Virus record (IMG/VR): IMGVR_UViG_3300025000_000012 | Coordinates: 1-62,969 of that record | Strand: one strand, 5' to 3' | From: a virus | DNA length: 62,969 nt | Shown here: positions 39,967-48,590 of the stretch, in pieces | How the letters are laid out: each line of letters opens with the position of its first letter | How positions within the stretch are numbered: the first letter of the stretch is position 1 | Notes under the pieces: generated by a model | Databases searched by the model: none | What the model was told of the DNA's origin: nothing | What the model saw: only the letters and a program-made list of their open reading frames with translations | Position numbers and translations under genes: made by a program

Positions 39967-40022
39967 TGTAATGTTACATCATGTAACATCATGTAACATG
40001 ATGTAGCATGATGTAGCATGAT
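39961..40022. repeat. Six tandem 10-bp units, each a near-palindrome ATGT(A/T)ACAT
   Basis: ATGTAATGTA|ATGTTACATC|ATGTAACATC|ATGTAACATG|ATGTAGCATG|ATGTAGCATG|AT. Begins at the stop codon of 39757..39966. Confidence 0.9.
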
Positions 40023-40052
40023 TATAAAGTAAAGCTCTACAGCATCTGGTGT

Positions 40053-40426
40053 AATAATGCTAGGTGCTGTGCTTTATTCATCGGACCCAGTATGACTCTA
40101 CTGGATAATGGAGCTGAGCTCTCCAGCAGCACTATCACGTTGATACTGGAACTTTGGTGTGTTCGCGAAGTTAGTGTGTCACCGCGGTAATCGACACAGC
40201 TAAGCTCTTAGACAAGACTTGCGGGGACTATCATCACCACGTTGCTAGGTTGGGATAATATAATGCTGGGCTCTTCATTAGCACTATCATCCAGTGTGAT
40301 CATACTGGGTGTCATGATTAAGCCGAGCCCTCCAAGAACACTATCATCCAGTATAGTTATTTAATTAAATAGCAATGTAGTTAAATAACTAAATACCTTT
40401 GCAATATTAATAATCACTATCATCAG
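40053..40426. repeat. Iteron-like array: five CACTATCA(T/C)C boxes plus CCAGT-N8-ACTGG palindromes
   Basis: Boxes at 40130, 40226, 40282, 40339 and 40415 (the two central ones are the exact 14-mer CACTATCATCCAGT). ccagtatgactctactgg and ccagtgtgatcatactgg. ATAATGCTrGG...TTCAT leader occurs twice. Confidence 0.8.
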
Positions 40427-40511
40427 CGTATTTCACCAAATGATTAAATACCCAGCAAAAGAACAAGCCGCAGATAATCATTCTTATCTGCGGCTCATTC
40501 CTATCTAAGAA

Positions 40512-40808
40512 TCATTCCTCTTTTTCCTCATAAATCCGGCCCTTTGAATCCTTTCCAAACTTCAAACCATCCTTACGAAGATATGACAACTGACTCGACA
40601 CATTGCGCTCACTAATGCCGATCGCTTCGCCAATATCTTTGATGCTAATCCGACCATTTGTCCTTATCAGATTGACGACTTGCTCTTTCCGACCTTCACC
40701 TTTCTCGCCGACTTTCTTGACCAGCTCTTCGCGCTCCGCCTTCAAAGCCGCAATCTCTTCAAGCAGCAGTTCCATTTCCGATTTTGCACTCTCGTTTTCT
40801 TTCTTCAT
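40512..40808 (-). CDS. Winged-HTH DNA-binding protein with an N-terminal coiled coil (98 aa), candidate regulator
   Basis: ELLLEEIAALKAEREELVKK, then GRISIKDIGEAIGISERNVSSQLSYLRKDG. Paralogous to the N-terminus of 26718..27260. Confidence 0.7.
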   Translation of the reverse strand: MKKENESAKSEMELLLEEIAALKAEREELVKKVGEKGEGRKEQVVNLIRTNGRISIKDIGEAIGISERNVSSQLSYLRKDGLKFGKDSKGRIYEEKEE

Positions 40809-40863
40809 GATGTCACCCTCTCTTTGATTTTTAACTCCTTAACTACATCCTTCCTACAATTTA

Positions 40864-40892
40864 ATTATATCATATTTCACAATATACACAAC
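40864..40892 (-). promoter_or_regulatory. Candidate promoter for the 40808 gene (TATAAT -10, weak -35)
   Basis: TATAAT at 40869-40864. -35 GTTGTG/TTGTGT 16-17 nt upstream. Confidence 0.35.
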
Positions 40893-40942
40893 TATATTAC
40901 ACCTTATAACAAAATTAAAAATTTGCCTGCGGCGCTATAATT

Positions 40943-41075
40943 GTGGTCGCTACGCTCCCATTTAATATCCGTTCACTTCGTTCACTCTATAACATATATT
41001 CATCGCTACGCTCTTCATTCTAGTGGTCGCGCTGCTCCCATTAATAAATCGTTCACGCTGTTCACTTAATAACAT
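40943..41075. repeat. Two 53-bp imperfect direct repeats, period 80 bp
   Basis: GTGGTCGCTACGCTCCCATTTAATATCCGTTCACTTCGTTCACTCTATAACAT (40943-40995) versus GTGGTCGCGCTGCTCCCATTAATAAATCGTTCACGCTGTTCACTTAATAACAT (41023-41075). TCGCTrCGCTC and GTTCAC sub-repeats. Confidence 0.85.
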
Positions 41076-41228
41076 GAGATCCTGTCGGATCAATGACTTG
41101 CAGTCGCTGCGCTCCTGTCTGCAGGACCATAAAAATCAGGCAATTTGCAGACTAGGCGGGTGTACCCTGTCCAAATACTGTACAGCACTTCCTCTTTCCT
41201 ATAGCTCCGGAAAAAATTAGAATCCCTT

Positions 41229-41333
41229 AGACCTCTCAATACACTTTGTGTACAGCTTCTCTGAGTCATTACTCTCGTGAAATCTGGAATCCCTTAACTC
41301 GCCTGTACACATTTAGAAAGGGCTACACTGAAT
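41229..41333 (+). repeat. Two degenerate direct repeats: GAATCCCTTA followed by the TACAC(T/A)TT motif
   Basis: agaatcccttagacctctcaatacactttgtg (41229-) and ggaatcccttaactcgcctgtacacatttagaaaggg (41297-41333). Confidence 0.7.
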
Positions 41334-41414
41334 CTTAGCTACACCATATACCAGTTTACTTAATATTCAATCTTTCGGAGCCTGAAAACACTCGCCTATA
41401 TTATATAGTGAAAG

Positions 41415-41530
41415 CTCTCTAGAAAGTGTATAACAGCCCTTCTGCTCTCATTTCATCAAGTCCGAGTACAAACGTATACCTAAAATTTTCGGTCAGTCTA
41501 AGGCTCGTTTATACACTTTCAGAAAGGGCC
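41415..41530. repeat. Copy D of the ~105-bp inverted-repeat-bounded element, upstream of the late operon
   Basis: Arms AAAGTGTATAAC (41423-) and GTTTATACACTTT (41507-41519), central ACAAACGTAT. The right arm continues CAGAAAGGGCC (full motif, plus orientation). Confidence 0.8.
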
Positions 41531-41582
41531 ACCTCCTATCTCTCTGGTCAAACGGGTTTGGTATAAATTTTAAATAAGTCGG

Positions 41583-41611
41583 TTTACTTTTCAGCTTAAC
41601 TAGGGTATAAT
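41583..41611 (+). promoter_or_regulatory. sigma70-type promoter TTTACT-N17-TATAAT
   Basis: -35 at 41583-41588, -10 at 41606-41611. About 55 nt upstream of the 41666 gene. Confidence 0.7.
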
Positions 41612-41665
41612 ACAGAAAAGTAGAAGTATATCTTAATTTCATCACAAACAGTCAAGGAAACATAC

Positions 41666-42163
41666 ATGCTGGATTTAGAGCTCATGCGGTTGCAGTACGA
41701 AATCCTCAATAAGTCGATCGCTCAGATAGCGTCGGACGAGGAGACTAGTGCCACGCTGCTCCAGCGAGAGGCCACCGAGCTCGGCTGGAAACAATTCTGG
41801 CCAGACCCGCCTCAAAAGCCGTATGAAGAGACCGATGACGTCGATGAGATTATGTCTCTCGAGTCAGAACAGTATATCGACCGTGCCCGGAAACGCTTGA
41901 AGGTCTACTCCCTGGCCAAGGAAGTCCTGATGGCCCAGCGGTATCTTGCCCTTGAGTGCAAAATCGTAAAGACCGCTAGTGATATTCTGGATAACTTTGA
42001 GAGTAATGGGCTCGGCAGCTCACAGGCTATTAAGCAACTGAGTGCCCTGTTCAAAGACATGACTGCTGGGTCGAATCTTGCGAACTTAGCCTCAATGACG
42101 CTAGGCACTGACGATAATGGCTTACCGACAGTCACGATCAGGGACCTCTCTGGTCATAGATAA
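41666..42163 (+). CDS. Hypothetical protein, possible small terminase / DNA-binding subunit (165 aa)
   Basis: First gene of the rightward block, two genes upstream of TerL. The assignment is positional only. Confidence 0.45.
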   Translation: MLDLELMRLQYEILNKSIAQIASDEETSATLLQREATELGWKQFWPDPPQKPYEETDDVDEIMSLESEQYIDRARKRLKVYSLAKEVLMAQRYLALECKIVKTASDILDNFESNGLGSSQAIKQLSALFKDMTAGSNLANLASMTLGTDDNGLPTVTIRDLSGHR

Positions 42164-42252
42164 CCAATACGCTTTGACCTAGCGCCTGCAACGCGAAAAG
42201 GACTCCTCCACTCCCTGGTCAAAGTTTTTCGGAGAATATCTTAGGAGAAGAT

Positions 42253-43107
42253 ATGAAAACAGTAGAAGAGAAACAAGCGAACAACACAGCAAGCAGATTA
42301 TATTATGCTGAAATGAGTGCTGAGAAAAAGGCACGACGAATGGAGGCGCAGAGAATTTATCGGCAGAACCCGGTAAATCGAGAAAAAGCAAGAGAAGCCT
42401 GTAGAAAGGCTAGACTAGACCCCGAGAAGCGTGCCAAATACAACAATTGTACTAAGGCTTATAATACCAAGACTAGGCTTGACCCAGAAGTTCGGACACA
42501 ACAAAATGAAGCTAGCCGAATAGCTCGAGCTCTTGATAGGTTGGACCCGGAAAAGTGTGAAAAGTTTAATGAAGCGAGTAGATTGAGTACAGCGAAAGCC
42601 CGGTTAACCCCACAAGGTAAACATAAATCCAGTATGTCTAGTATCAAAAGTCGGTACTGCCTTTCTGAAGAGGATTTTCGGGACCTGATGGATGCACAAA
42701 AGGGGTGCTGCGCGATTTGTGGAACCGATTTTGGTGAGCTGTTTAGAAGAGCCTCAGTTGATCATTGTCATATAACTGGAAAAATAAGAAAACTGTTATG
42801 TAATAAGTGTAATACCTCAGTCGGACAAATAGAGTTTCTTAATCCTGAACACGCGATAGAGTACTTAGAAAAACCGGATACCCAGATACTGTATAATACA
42901 AGTTCTGCGCAGCAATATAAAAAGACACACGACGCGCATTGTGAATTATGCGGGCGTACTGAAAATTTAGTCATAGATCATAATCATTCTACTGGAAACA
43001 TACGAGGTATTCTGTGTAGTACTTGTAATAACGCACTTGGCGCGGTAGAGTCCCACATGTTTTCTGCATACGTTCAGTACGCACGAGGCGGCAATTGTGC
43101 GGTTTGA
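42253..43107 (+). CDS. Endonuclease VII (HNH-superfamily) protein with two nuclease cores (284 aa)
   Basis: CCAICG...VDHCHITGKIRKLLCNKCNTSVG and CELCG...IDHNHSTGNIRGILCSTCNNALG. N-terminal ~21-aa repeats RLDPEKRAKYN / RLDPEVRTQQNEASR / RLDPEKCEKFNEASR. Confidence 0.85.
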   Translation: MKTVEEKQANNTASRLYYAEMSAEKKARRMEAQRIYRQNPVNREKAREACRKARLDPEKRAKYNNCTKAYNTKTRLDPEVRTQQNEASRIARALDRLDPEKCEKFNEASRLSTAKARLTPQGKHKSSMSSIKSRYCLSEEDFRDLMDAQKGCCAICGTDFGELFRRASVDHCHITGKIRKLLCNKCNTSVGQIEFLNPEHAIEYLEKPDTQILYNTSSAQQYKKTHDAHCELCGRTENLVIDHNHSTGNIRGILCSTCNNALGAVESHMFSAYVQYARGGNCAV

Positions 43108-44560
43108 ATTAATAACAGATACTTTAGATCCTGTACTCCAAGCTTATTTAGACTCTAGAGCCCGCGTTAGTATTATAATAGGCCCTTTGGGGTCAGGTAA
43201 AACTTATACTAGCTGCCAAAAGATGTTTACCTTGATGTGCGGACAAAAACCAAATCAACAAGGGTATAGAAAATCACGTTGGATAGCAATTAGAAATACA
43301 TTTCCAGATCTATTAACAACAACTGTAAAAGACTGGATAGACTTGTTTGGTGAACTTGGTACGTACAAAGCTGGTGGAACATCACCGCCTAGTCATACAC
43401 TAAGATTTAGACTGCCAGATAAATCGTTAGTATTAGCAGAATTAATTTTCATAGCTCTAGATAGACCCGCTGCTATTAAAAAGCTTCGTGGTACACAGGT
43501 TACCGGCTTTTGGTTAAATGAAATAAAGGAGCTCGATAAATCTATTATTGATATGGCCGACTTTAGACACGGTCGATATCCAAGCGCAATGGACGGCGGG
43601 CCCAGCTGGCATGGAATATTCGGTGATTCGAATCAATGCGATGACGACCACTGGATGTACACTATGGCTGAAGAAACAAAGCCTGAAGGATGGGAGTTTT
43701 TTACACAGCCTGGTGGTTTGATGCGTGAGATGATTGATACTGATGGTACCCAAGAGTGGACTGGTAAATGGGTTAGTAACCCCGCCGCTGAAAACATACG
43801 GAACTTGCCGGGTCGAGAATTATATTATATGAACGGGCAGCAAGGTAAAGATCAAGCGTGGATCGCGGTTAACTTGGGAAATCAATATGGAACAGTCGAA
43901 GATGGTAAAGCAATCTACGCCGAGCAGTGGCACGACGACGTTCACGTCTCTACTTCTATAGAGCTGATTGAGGATCACGAGATTATAGTTGGCATGGACT
44001 TCGGTTTGACACCTGCTGCAATCATTGGTCAAGAGACGCCGAACGGTACGCTGCATATCTTAGAAGAGCTCGTCGCAGAGGGCATGGGTATTAATCAATT
44101 TGCCACAAACATCCTTTTGCCGGCTCTACGTGCTAGGTACAGCAAGTGTGAATGGGTATTCGTTGGAGACCCTGCAGGAAACAAGAGGGCTGATACTGAT
44201 GAGCAAACTGTCTTTAAAGAACTTGACGACCTTGGGATATCCGCTGAGGCTGCAAACTCCAATGACCCAACTATACGCTGGGAAGCAGTTCGATACTTCT
44301 TACAGCAGATGCGCGGCGGCAAGCCCGCGTTCAGACTTCATACTCGCTGTAAGATGCTCCGCAAAGGGTTTAACGGTGGTTACAAGCTTAGACGCATTCA
44401 GCTAGCTGGATCAACTAAGTATGCCTCTAAGGCAGATAAAAATAAATTTAGCCATCCCCATGATGGTTTACAATACCTCTGTATGTACGTCAAGGGAGAA
44501 ACTGGTGCTACATCAAACAACGACTTTGAGAGACCTGAGGAAAATAGATGGTCAGCTTAG
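43097..44560 (+). CDS. terL: Terminase large subunit (487 aa)
   Basis: Walker A IIGPLGSGKT, Walker B-like GFWLNEIKE, C-terminal nuclease-domain acidic motifs (VGMDFG, VFVGDPAG). Confidence 0.9.
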   Translation: MRFELITDTLDPVLQAYLDSRARVSIIIGPLGSGKTYTSCQKMFTLMCGQKPNQQGYRKSRWIAIRNTFPDLLTTTVKDWIDLFGELGTYKAGGTSPPSHTLRFRLPDKSLVLAELIFIALDRPAAIKKLRGTQVTGFWLNEIKELDKSIIDMADFRHGRYPSAMDGGPSWHGIFGDSNQCDDDHWMYTMAEETKPEGWEFFTQPGGLMREMIDTDGTQEWTGKWVSNPAAENIRNLPGRELYYMNGQQGKDQAWIAVNLGNQYGTVEDGKAIYAEQWHDDVHVSTSIELIEDHEIIVGMDFGLTPAAIIGQETPNGTLHILEELVAEGMGINQFATNILLPALRARYSKCEWVFVGDPAGNKRADTDEQTVFKELDDLGISAEAANSNDPTIRWEAVRYFLQQMRGGKPAFRLHTRCKMLRKGFNGGYKLRRIQLAGSTKYASKADKNKFSHPHDGLQYLCMYVKGETGATSNNDFERPEENRWSA

Positions 44561-44569
44561 GTGTGATAA

Positions 44570-44899
44570 ATGAGTAAAGTGAAAAATATCGAGGAAGACA
44601 ATGGTAGGATAACCTGGGTACTTGAGTGCCCCGGCTGTGAATGCCAGCATATGATATGGTCTGGAGCCGGGCCAAGACCAGTATGGGCCTTTAACGGTGA
44701 TACTGAGAAGCCTACATTTTCTCCAAGCTTGCTCGTAACTATGGGGCTTAAGCCGGACCCAGTAACTCACCTCGCACCGAAGGGTGCCCCAAAACAAATA
44801 TGTCACTCTTTTATTCGTGATGGCAAAATTGAGTATCTTGGAGACTGTACCCATCCACTTGCTGGACAGACAATTGACTTACCCGAGGTGGAGTGGTGA
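44570..44899 (+). CDS. Cys-rich conserved phage protein (DUF6527-like, 109 aa)
   Basis: ECPGCECQH...WAFNGDTEKPTFSPSLLV...CHSFIRDGKIEYLGDCTHPLAGQ. The family name is from memory. Confidence 0.55.
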   Translation: MSKVKNIEEDNGRITWVLECPGCECQHMIWSGAGPRPVWAFNGDTEKPTFSPSLLVTMGLKPDPVTHLAPKGAPKQICHSFIRDGKIEYLGDCTHPLAGQTIDLPEVEW

Positions 44900-45246
44900 A
44901 GATTCCTGAGTTTCCCTCAACCGATACGCAGGTATCTACAATTGGACGGTACGAGTGGTCTGTAGCTCGGCTTATTCAGTTAGCAAAGGACTTGCCTGTT
45001 ATGGAGGTTCCACTTAATCATTTATATGTGTGGCATAAGTATGAAAAGCTTACGCTGCGTGAAATGGTTATGCATATGCGTACAGTACAGGCTGCAGACT
45101 TAAGCGCTCCTATAATTCTCGATGAAGACGGAGAGATAATGGACGGTCGACACAGGGTGATGAAAGCTATGCTATTAAGTGAGAAAACAATCAAGGCTGT
45201 ACGGTTCGACGAGAACCCTAGACCTTGTAGAATAAACGAGAACTAG
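44893..45246 (+). CDS. ParB-like nuclease (ParB/Srx fold) domain protein (117 aa)
   Basis: APIILDEDGEIMDGRHRVMKA. Confidence 0.65.
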   Translation: MVKIPEFPSTDTQVSTIGRYEWSVARLIQLAKDLPVMEVPLNHLYVWHKYEKLTLREMVMHMRTVQAADLSAPIILDEDGEIMDGRHRVMKAMLLSEKTIKAVRFDENPRPCRINEN

Positions 45247-47262
45247 ATGGTCAACTTGATAAATAATAAGCCAAGTATACAGACCTTCTTATCTTGGGTT
45301 GGTGAGGCGCAGTCCGCACATTCAGACTGGCGCTCCCAGAGTTGGGAAGATTTCGAGTTCCGAGATGGTAAACACTGGACTCAAGCTGCATTCAACAGAC
45401 TCAAAGATAAGGGTATTAATCCTCTTACCATAAACAGAATCTTTCCGATACTTAATCTTATTCAGGGACACTTTTTACGTAATCAACAGGATATCGTCGC
45501 CAAAGGCCGTTCTAAAGACGACAATGAGCTCGGCCAGGTTATGAGTGAGGCTCTGGCATATGTTAAAGATCAAAACAAGGGTGCGGAGTTAGTATCATCG
45601 GCCTTTGGCGACGAGATTACTGCAGGCTATGGCTGTATTCAGGTCGGTAAAAACAGTGACCCGCGATGCGAGCCTGTGCAGTGGAAGGCTACACCCTGGT
45701 ATTCTGCGTGGTGGGACCCATTTGCTACACCCTGGATAAACAAGGACGAGTGTCGGTACTTTTTTACAGCTGGTTGGAAAAACCTCGAGGATACATGCCT
45801 TATCTTCCCAGAGAAGACAAAGGACCTTCTGGATAAGTTCAGCCAGTTGAGTAATACATATTACGTCCCTGACATCTACGACCAAGGAACTGCTATTGAG
45901 GATTACCACAGATATCTTTCCTCGAATCATTGGGTTAACAGCGATCGGAAGCGTATTCGTCCAATAGAGATGTGGTATACACAGATAACTAAGGGCTGGT
46001 TTGCTATAATGCCGGACTCTAGAGTTATCGACCTTGATACACTGCCTAACCCGCAAGACCAAATTCAGGTTGTTCAGTACTCGAAAGAGCTTATAACAGC
46101 CAATGTCAAGAAGATGCGTGTCGCCACGTTTGTCAGTGACTTACTCCTGCAAGACGTGGCTTCACCTTACGCACATGACTTATACCCCTTCGCGCCATTT
46201 GTAGGATACCTTGACCGCTTTAACTGTCCCTTTGGTGTTCCGAGACAAGTTAAAGAGCAGCTTATGGAAGTTAATAAACGTCGATCTATGGCGTTGTCTC
46301 TCATAAGCAATCGTCGGGTCATAGTTGAGGAAGACGCCGCGAAGGATATCAACAAGCTTTACGACGAATCAAACCGGCAAGATGGCCTCATCGTTCTCAA
46401 GAAGGGCAAGATGAGCGCTTTCCAGATCCAGGAGATGGCTACTTTAGCCGCTCCGCAAATTGACTTAATGAATCAGTCAGAACGCGAGATCCAGGAAATA
46501 GTCGGCGCTAATGACGAGGCCCTATCCAGGGATTCTAGACTGCAATCTGGCATCGCGATCGATAAAAAGCAGGAACTCGCAGCTACAGTCACCGCCTCTT
46601 TGATCGAGAATGCTAAGTACTCACAACGGCGGCTTGGTGAACTTACCCTGGCTATGGTTCAAAAAGAATGGACAGGCCCGAAAGTACTCCGCGTGACTGA
46701 TCGTATGTCGGGTGCAGAGAAGTTTGTTGAAATAAATCAAAAGCTTTATAACCCAGAAACGGGGGCTATAGAAGTTCGAAACAATATAACTGAAGCAACA
46801 TTCGATATAGTCATTGCAAACGTGCCTATTACAGACGTTATGCGTGAAAAGAATATGGAACTGTTGTTTGGTGCCATTAATAAAGCACCGCCTGAGGCAA
46901 TCGGTCCTCTGCTTAACATGGCATTTGAGATATCTGATATCCCGAATAAAGACGCCTTGCTTAAGCAGATTCGTGCAGCTACTGGCATGGAGCCTATGGA
47001 CGAGAATCTTTCATCTACGGAGCGTGAAGCACAAGCTGCACAGATGAAAATGCAGAAGGAACAAGCCCAGGCTGAAGAGTCTGACCTACAGCGACGTGAA
47101 CGCGAGACTGCTATAGCAGAGAGTGTTGCTAAGATTGAAAAAATGAAGGCTAGCGCCGTTGCTGAAACCCGTGCGGCTGAGCGTGAGGATTGGAAAGCTG
47201 GTGCCGAGCTCGGGCAAGAGATTTTGAAAGCACAAACTGAAAAAACGGAGAAAGCTAAATGA
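45247..47262 (+). CDS. Portal protein (671 aa)
   Basis: Size and position downstream of TerL. C-terminal charged coiled-coil tail (EREAQAAQMKMQKEQAQAEESDLQRRERE). Confidence 0.75.
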   Translation: MVNLINNKPSIQTFLSWVGEAQSAHSDWRSQSWEDFEFRDGKHWTQAAFNRLKDKGINPLTINRIFPILNLIQGHFLRNQQDIVAKGRSKDDNELGQVMSEALAYVKDQNKGAELVSSAFGDEITAGYGCIQVGKNSDPRCEPVQWKATPWYSAWWDPFATPWINKDECRYFFTAGWKNLEDTCLIFPEKTKDLLDKFSQLSNTYYVPDIYDQGTAIEDYHRYLSSNHWVNSDRKRIRPIEMWYTQITKGWFAIMPDSRVIDLDTLPNPQDQIQVVQYSKELITANVKKMRVATFVSDLLLQDVASPYAHDLYPFAPFVGYLDRFNCPFGVPRQVKEQLMEVNKRRSMALSLISNRRVIVEEDAAKDINKLYDESNRQDGLIVLKKGKMSAFQIQEMATLAAPQIDLMNQSEREIQEIVGANDEALSRDSRLQSGIAIDKKQELAATVTASLIENAKYSQRRLGELTLAMVQKEWTGPKVLRVTDRMSGAEKFVEINQKLYNPETGAIEVRNNITEATFDIVIANVPITDVMREKNMELLFGAINKAPPEAIGPLLNMAFEISDIPNKDALLKQIRAATGMEPMDENLSSTEREAQAAQMKMQKEQAQAEESDLQRRERETAIAESVAKIEKMKASAVAETRAAEREDWKAGAELGQEILKAQTEKTEKAK

Positions 47263-47444
47263 CTAGACAAGAAGAAGCAGCATTTGAAAAACGAGTAGAG
47301 AAAGAGTTTAAATCACAGAGGCCTCTTCAAAATGGACGTGACTTTCGCTGGAATCAGCCTCATCAGTACGCAGTTCAAGGTGACAAGAAATTTAGAGATA
47401 ATTTTGACCGCATATTCCCATCGGCTCCAGGCGCTGGGATTTAA
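47259..47444 (+). CDS. Hypothetical small protein (61 aa)
   Basis: ATGA overlap with the portal stop. Confidence 0.5.
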   Translation: MTRQEEAAFEKRVEKEFKSQRPLQNGRDFRWNQPHQYAVQGDKKFRDNFDRIFPSAPGAGI

Positions 47445-47509
47445 TTTCACCCTAGAGGTGTAAAACTTGTAGTACCTCGTCCACTAAAGAGACGTTAAAG
47501 GAGAACAGT

Positions 47510-48580
47510 ATGGCTGAAGTAACACGAGCAGTAGAAGGATCAGAGTCCACAGAAGCATCTGCACCAATGTCAAATTCCGCAGTAGTTGAGTTACAGGGCT
47601 TGACAGAAGTCTCAGAAGCAGAATTAATGGGTTTTACACCGGAAGCAGCAGAGGAAAAATCGGCGCCCCCTGAGTCGTTAGCTGAAGAAACAAAACCTGT
47701 TGAGGAAAAACCAAAAGATACTCCTCTGAAGGAAGTCGTCAAAGAGGAAACACCGAAAGAGGAAACACCGAAAGAGGAAACACCGAAAGAAGAGCCTGTA
47801 AAGCCTCCTAAAGGATTCGTTCCGATAGCGGCTATACATGAGGTTCGTGGTGAAAACAAGTATCTTAAGGAGCAACTTGCTGAGATTAAAGCGCAGTTAG
47901 AGAATCGTCCGGTCACTCCAGTAGTAACAGAAACACCTGAACCAAGTGAGTTTGACGATTTTTCAGAGCTGAGTGACGCTGAATTCCAAGAGCTAGCAAC
48001 AGATTCACCCGCAGAAGCTTTGCTGTACATGAAGCAGTTGAATAAATACCAGGAGTTCAAGAGAAAATCTGCTGAAGAGACCCAACAGGCCGCTGCAGCG
48101 CAAGAGTACTTGGACACGGTATTTGAGAAAACTAATTCAGAAATGGAGCAGATTGTTCCGGGGATTTTTGATCCGGAGTCTCCAGCCGGTACAGAGTTTA
48201 GGGAATTTGCAGTAGACCTAGGATTCACGGATGATATGTTTTATCTGACGAATCCGGCCACGCAGATCATACTCCCTGGTGAAACTGAGCCACTACTGCT
48301 CGGAGAACAAGCCGCACAAGTAATACGTCTTCTGGCTAACGCCAAGACGAAAGTAAGTGCTACACAAGTCGTTGATGTTGAGAAAATTAAAGCCGAGACT
48401 CGCGCGATTGTTGAAGCCGAGTTTCTTGCAAAAATAAAAACAGGCCAGCCATTTAGGTCCTTGTCTGACGTACCAGTTAGCAATGAAAATCGCCCAGAGT
48501 TTAAGGGTAAAGAGCTTTCCGAAGCTGAATTTGCACGACTGAATGCAAAAGAACAAGAGTTATACTTGGCCGGCGAATAA
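47510..48580 (+). CDS. Scaffolding protein (356 aa)
   Basis: Acidic and helical, lying between the portal and capsid genes. KEETPKEETPKEETPKEE from three 15-bp repeats at 47741-47785. Confidence 0.7.
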   Translation: MAEVTRAVEGSESTEASAPMSNSAVVELQGLTEVSEAELMGFTPEAAEEKSAPPESLAEETKPVEEKPKDTPLKEVVKEETPKEETPKEETPKEEPVKPPKGFVPIAAIHEVRGENKYLKEQLAEIKAQLENRPVTPVVTETPEPSEFDDFSELSDAEFQELATDSPAEALLYMKQLNKYQEFKRKSAEETQQAAAAQEYLDTVFEKTNSEMEQIVPGIFDPESPAGTEFREFAVDLGFTDDMFYLTNPATQIILPGETEPLLLGEQAAQVIRLLANAKTKVSATQVVDVEKIKAETRAIVEAEFLAKIKTGQPFRSLSDVPVSNENRPEFKGKELSEAEFARLNAKEQELYLAGE

Positions 48581-48590
48581 GGAGTTATAA

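Noticed and set aside
40130-40426. Spaced direct repeats that might be mistaken for a CRISPR array
   Set aside because: The repeat core is only 9-14 bp, the spacing is irregular (55-97 bp), the flanking sequence is partly repeated too, and there are no cas genes. It is an iteron/operator-type array, not CRISPR.
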